In this document: positions 59,266 through 64,000 of the stretch, piece after piece | Layout of the letters: every line of letters begins with the position of its first letter | Numbering within the stretch: the stretch's first letter is position 1 | Source: Eledone cirrhosa | Taxonomy: Eukaryota | Direction of reading: 5' to 3' | Length of the DNA stretch: 64,000 nucleotides | NCBI GenBank assembly: GCA_964016885.1 | Contig: OZ024758.1 | Coordinates: forward strand, 19,778,001-19,842,000 | The notes under the pieces: model-generated | Databases searched by the model: none | The model's input: only the letters and a program-made list of their open reading frames with translations | Told to the model about the DNA's origin: nothing | Translations under genes and position numbers: made by a program

Positions 59266-59560
59266 CTTAATTACATATATATTGCTTTCTGTTTCAAAGC
59301 AGCAGTGATGCAACGATATACTATATATGAATTTATTACCATCAGATAGGTTATATATTGATACCTCATAATTTGTCTCCAATTTTCTGAGTCAATAAGT
59401 GGACGCAATTCAAAGTTTGGAGGACAAAAGATCCATAGATATGTAGATACACAGGCACCTCATTTTTCAACAGACACATATATATATATATATATAAAGA
59501 CTTTAGTCCAAAAGCAGCCGTCGAAACTGCTTGATCTCTGCCGTCGGGGTCATACTTTCT

Positions 59561-59657
<97 letters not shown>

Positions 59658-60348
59658 GAAAAAAAACGAGGAAGCTACGTCTACATATGAACAATATTTA
59701 TTGCGTATCGACCTATTACGCGCGTTTCGCAGAGTATTGGCTCGTGGTGACAGATAGAGTGGTTGATTTGGTACCAACACCAGTATTTCGCCGTAATAAC
59801 TACACTAATATATACATATATACATGCATATATATATATATCGAGGGAGTCTAACTTGTAGCTACTGTAGGTTCACCCGGGTGAGCACTCAATGTTTAGG
59901 TTCACGTCAGTGTAGAGGTGTAGGGCTAGACAGTGTATTATAGTGAAAAGATAACAATAAGGATTGGTTACTCCTTCATGACTTTTATTGGTTGTTGACG
60001 CGCGTTTCGCCACTGATCAGCTCAAGGTTTGATCTGTATTGATCTTACCCGACTCTGTAATGTGTGGCTCGTCGTACCCCTTGTGATGATAGTAGGATAT
60101 ATATATATATATATATATATATAATGTGTGTGAAGGCCTGTATGTGTGTATGTACATATTTATGAATATGTATATATCTATATATATATAGGCGATGAAT
60201 TTGTTTTGCGAGGTTTTTTATATGAAATCGTGTGTCGAAACAGATATTGTTATATTTGGGGAGGGTCATATTTGCGTAATATTGCCATGACCTTAGATGT
60301 TTCTGCCCTAGTAGACCTATAAGAGGTAGACCCCCCACCTTAACCTCA

Positions 60349-61768
60349 ATGGCTAAAAAGACTCCCATAGGAAGGTGGATTGGGTGGACCAAAGCTATAC
60401 GGACCCCCCAACACACTGATCAGGTAAGAAAAATGGTCGCACATGCAATAGGGGCTAGTATCAAAACTACCCTAAAGGGCCACATATTTAAGTTCAATGA
60501 GAAAATCTGCACCCAAAATGAGGGAGCAGCCATCGGCGTCAGCATAGCTGGTGATGTTGCCAACCTTTTCATGGTATGGTGGGAAAGGAGACTTAAAGAT
60601 CTCCTTAATGAAAGCTCCATAGACCTCATCATGTACTCTCGTTATGTAGACGATATCAATATAGTTATAAGAACACCCCCACTAGCGAGCACTAACAAGT
60701 TTGATTTAGAACGTAGCACGATGGAAAGCATCCAGCAGATAGCTAATTCCATACACCAGAGTATAACTGTAACTATAGTCTTCCCTCCAAACACCCTAAC
60801 AATAGACTACCTGTATTAGACACAGAACTCTGGATTGACACTATAGACGAGAGAGCCCAAATTCTCCACTCACACTATGCTAAACCCATGGCCTCCAAAT
60901 ACCTGATACTCAAACTCAGCAATGTCCAGTAGTGCTAAGTTTAATATTCTGATCGCAGATTTAGTACGAGTGATGAAGAATGTGTCCAGCATGTGCGACC
61001 CAACAGAAATGGAAGGACACATCCAACACTTCATCAACCGCATGCAGTTCTCTGGCTACAACCAAAGAGACAGAGTCAGAGTATACGAAGGAGCCATGGA
61101 AAAGTATAAGACCCTCATAGAACTGGACATGAAAGGAATTTGCCCACTATACAGGAGCAAATCATGGAATAGCTTAGATAGGGCTAGACATAAGATAGGG
61201 AAGGCCACATCATGGTACGACAACCAGAGATATCAGAGTGTCATGTTTGTGGACGCCACCCCTGGAGGGAAATTAGCTAACCAGTGTAGAAAGGCCCTGA
61301 GAAAGACCCACTTAAAAATAAAGGTGGTAGAAAAGCCAGGAACCACCATAAAATCCCTGATCAGCAAAACCTACCCTTTTAAGAAAACCCACTGTACCAA
61401 TAGGAAATGTATCATATGTAAGATGAACCCCCTGGATAAACTGTAAAACTAGAAACGTAGTCTATAGCATAAGATGTACAGAGGGTACTTGCAGAAACAT
61501 GAAAACAACATACATAGGTGAGACAGCTCGTAGCATAGGTGAGAGAGCTCGTAGCATAGGTGAAAGGATAGACCAACACTGGGTGGAACTAAAAGGACGA
61601 AAAAACGGGTCAGTACTATACGAACATGCTAGACAACAACATGACGGTAACATAGACAACATAGAAATTAGAATAATATCTAAACATAGGAATGACCCAG
61701 CAGATAGGCAAACCAGAGAGGCCAGTGAAATAGAAATTAGAAGAACAAAGCTAAACAGAAAGAATTAG
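60349..61768 (+). pseudogene. PLE reverse transcriptase plus GIY-YIG endonuclease (frameshifted)
   Basis: FKFNEK..TQNEGAAIGVSIAGDVANLFM, YSRYVDDI, PVLDTELW, HYAKPMAS, C..RKCIIC, NVVYSIRC...YIGETARS..ERIDQH, EASEI. Confidence 0.9.
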
Positions 61769-62068
61769 TGGAACAACAACAACCCCCAAACAAACAACAC
61801 TGACCTAAGAGAAGTATAAATAAGTAAATAAAATTAAATAAAATAAGATAAATAAATACATACACTAGTCACCCAGCAGACACAACACTATACACACTAG
61901 TGACACATCACACATAACACTATACACACACGCAAACGCATGCGCAAAGAAGATAAAATAAAATAAGGTAAACAAACAAGCAAATAAATAAATAAATATA
62001 TAGACAGACTGAACAAAAAAAAATGGCGTAGACATACAACACAACAGGAGGAACAATGAATATAACAC

Positions 62069-62107
62069 CACTGACGATGTTGCAGATGTGCAACGAAAGA
62101 TTTATGT
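62069..62107 (+). ncRNA. Hammerhead motif in PLE 3' region
   Basis: CA-CUGACGA-U-GUUGCA(GAUG)UGCAAC-GAAA-GAUU-UA-UG; same position and layout as 6552-6594; stem I weakened. Confidence 0.7.
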
Positions 62108-62320
62108 AAATTATGTAAACTATATATATGTGTTTGTGTCTATATTGTATCTGTATTATTTTTGACCGCCGGTCAGTCAATGGCAACATTGAGGACCGAG
62201 TAAGTTAGATCGCAGATATATATATATAAAAGACAGCGAGAAGCGAAAACCAACCAAACAGTGAGTGTGTTCTGTTATTAATTCTGGCAATATTACGCAA
62301 ATATGACCCTCCCCAAATAT

Positions 62321-62438
<118 letters not shown>

Positions 62439-62520
62439 ATTTCTTATTTCTTAATGATATCTCTCTGTCTGTAATTTCTCATATGTTTGCTAATATTATA
62501 CAGCATCATTATTACCTCTA

Positions 62521-62708
62521 GGGCGGTGGATTGGCAGTATCGGTAGAGGGTCGGACGCCATGTTTTCCAGCATAGTTACGTCCCTTTACGATGTGAGTTC
62601 AAATCCCGCCGAGGTTGACTTTGCCATTCATCCTTGCGGGGTCGATAAAATAAAGTACCAGTAATGAACTGGATAATTGCTGGCCTTGTGCCTAAAGTAG
62701 AAACAATT
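62521..62708 (+). mobile_element. tRNA-derived SINE, family A (best copy)
   Basis: A-box-like TGGCAGTATCGG, B box GAGTTCAAATCC; at least seven other copies in the window. Confidence 0.9.
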
Positions 62709-63789
62709 ATATTACCTCTACTTCCCTGTCCTCTTATATATTTCCGAAAGTGTAGCATTCTTTCAAAATATAGTAGTACTGACAGCTGTGCGGCACACGG
62801 CTTGGATTGTGTTATCTGCAGAAGATTGTTCTTACGAAAGTGTTATATTTACTCTAAAGAAGATTATATATTTTCAAAAATATTGCTGCTTGGAAAAATA
62901 TACAAAAAAAGAAAATTCAAACTCCTTCAGTGTATGAAATATTTTAATACAAATTAGAGCAAAATGTTACAAAAATACTACAAGTTTAGATGTAATAAAG
63001 TTAAATTTTAGAAGAAATTAATCCCAAAAGTATCGGAGGATAATGACTTTCAAAGGATTTACTGATAGACTTTTGGAAAGATCTGTATTTTGTATAGAAA
63101 CTCTGTGCAAAAAGTCATATATTTAGTGGACGCAAATAGAAAGTCAAGGTAAAGCTGTTTAAAGTAAAGAACTGTGTTGTGCTGAAAGAGTATTTCAAAA
63201 TAAAATAGAATCAATTATATTTTAAGTCGGTTGATCACTGAAACAAGAAATGAGATTAAAAGCCTGCGAATGAGGAGGAAGAGGGTTTTAAAATAAATAA
63301 TGGCCTGGATTGTACTAAGAATAGCAACAAATAGCATGGTTGCGACGAGGGGAAGATAATGAGGAAATGTCAAATTGACTAAAATGAATTTGAAGGCGAA
63401 CTAAGAAGAATGAATAACTGGCTGCTCTTTTTTCGCAAAGTTTATTGTCTCTTGTGTACTATAAATGCTTTCTGAATATATTTTTGGAAAATCAGACTGT
63501 TTCGAAATTCATAATAGAAACGAGTGTAATGTCATTACCCAAAACAGAATGAACGTTTAAAGAAACATATGAGTGGTTAAATCAAAAAGTTAATAGTTCC
63601 AAGTAACGACTTGCTTATCGATCTTCAAATGTAGATATTTTCATCTAGAACAATCTTTTAGCCTCTGCAATTACTCAAACACACTAATATTTCCTATTAG
63701 TAACATTAAAAGAAACTGGGTAATATAATCGTAATATTTACACTTCCATAAACACAAATATATATGTTATCAAATTCATATTCTATATA

Positions 63790-63855
63790 CGCCTTCTTCG
63801 TTCTGTCCGCCGGGGCCGTGGGGCGGTAAGCACGTGGGACCCCATTTGCTCATAA
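63790..63855 (+). mobile_element. CRE LINE 3' tip
   Basis: gccttcttcgttctgtccgccggggccgtggg...gtgggaccccatttgctca matches the reverse complement of 17478-17541. Confidence 0.6.
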
Positions 63856-64000
63856 TTCAGAGAGTTGTTAGCGATATGGAGGCGATGATAGATGGAGTTC
63901 GGCTCTTCTGTGTTCGGACATTGTGTGCAGCGTCAACTGTCCGTAGGCAAGTATGATTCACATCTATCTGTATATATATATATATGTATTATATTGCATT

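Noticed and set aside
62521-62610. tRNA genes at B-box motifs
   Set aside because: No cloverleaf; these are heads of multi-copy SINEs.

Overview
AT-rich, microsatellite-saturated metazoan DNA. The SINE and MITE families resemble those I know from octopus genomes (recognised from memory, not searched). Nearly all long ORFs in the supplied track are (TA)n artefacts. Real content: (1) one full-length CR1-clade LINE (~50449-55130, minus strand) with an unusual ORF1 (Myb/SANT-like helices, polyQ, two CCCH fingers); (2) two decayed Penelope-like elements (PLEs) from different families (55490-57290, 60190-62330) plus PLE 3' remnants; (3) fragments of RTE, R4/Dong and CRE LINEs, a mariner, a non-autonomous Helitron, a TTAA MITE and about 11 tRNA-SINE pieces; (4) three phase-compatible candidate exons of an unidentified host gene on + (22485-22692, 27166-27299, 47648-47848). 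The most striking pattern is a recurring architecture of ORF-less fold-back units from at least five unrelated sequence families, embedded in (TA)n. Their 3' ends face outward and one arm carries an unpaired tail. Three of them carry a minimal type I hammerhead ribozyme motif in each arm. About a dozen hammerhead or hammerhead-like motifs can be read directly, including variants with non-canonical cores.
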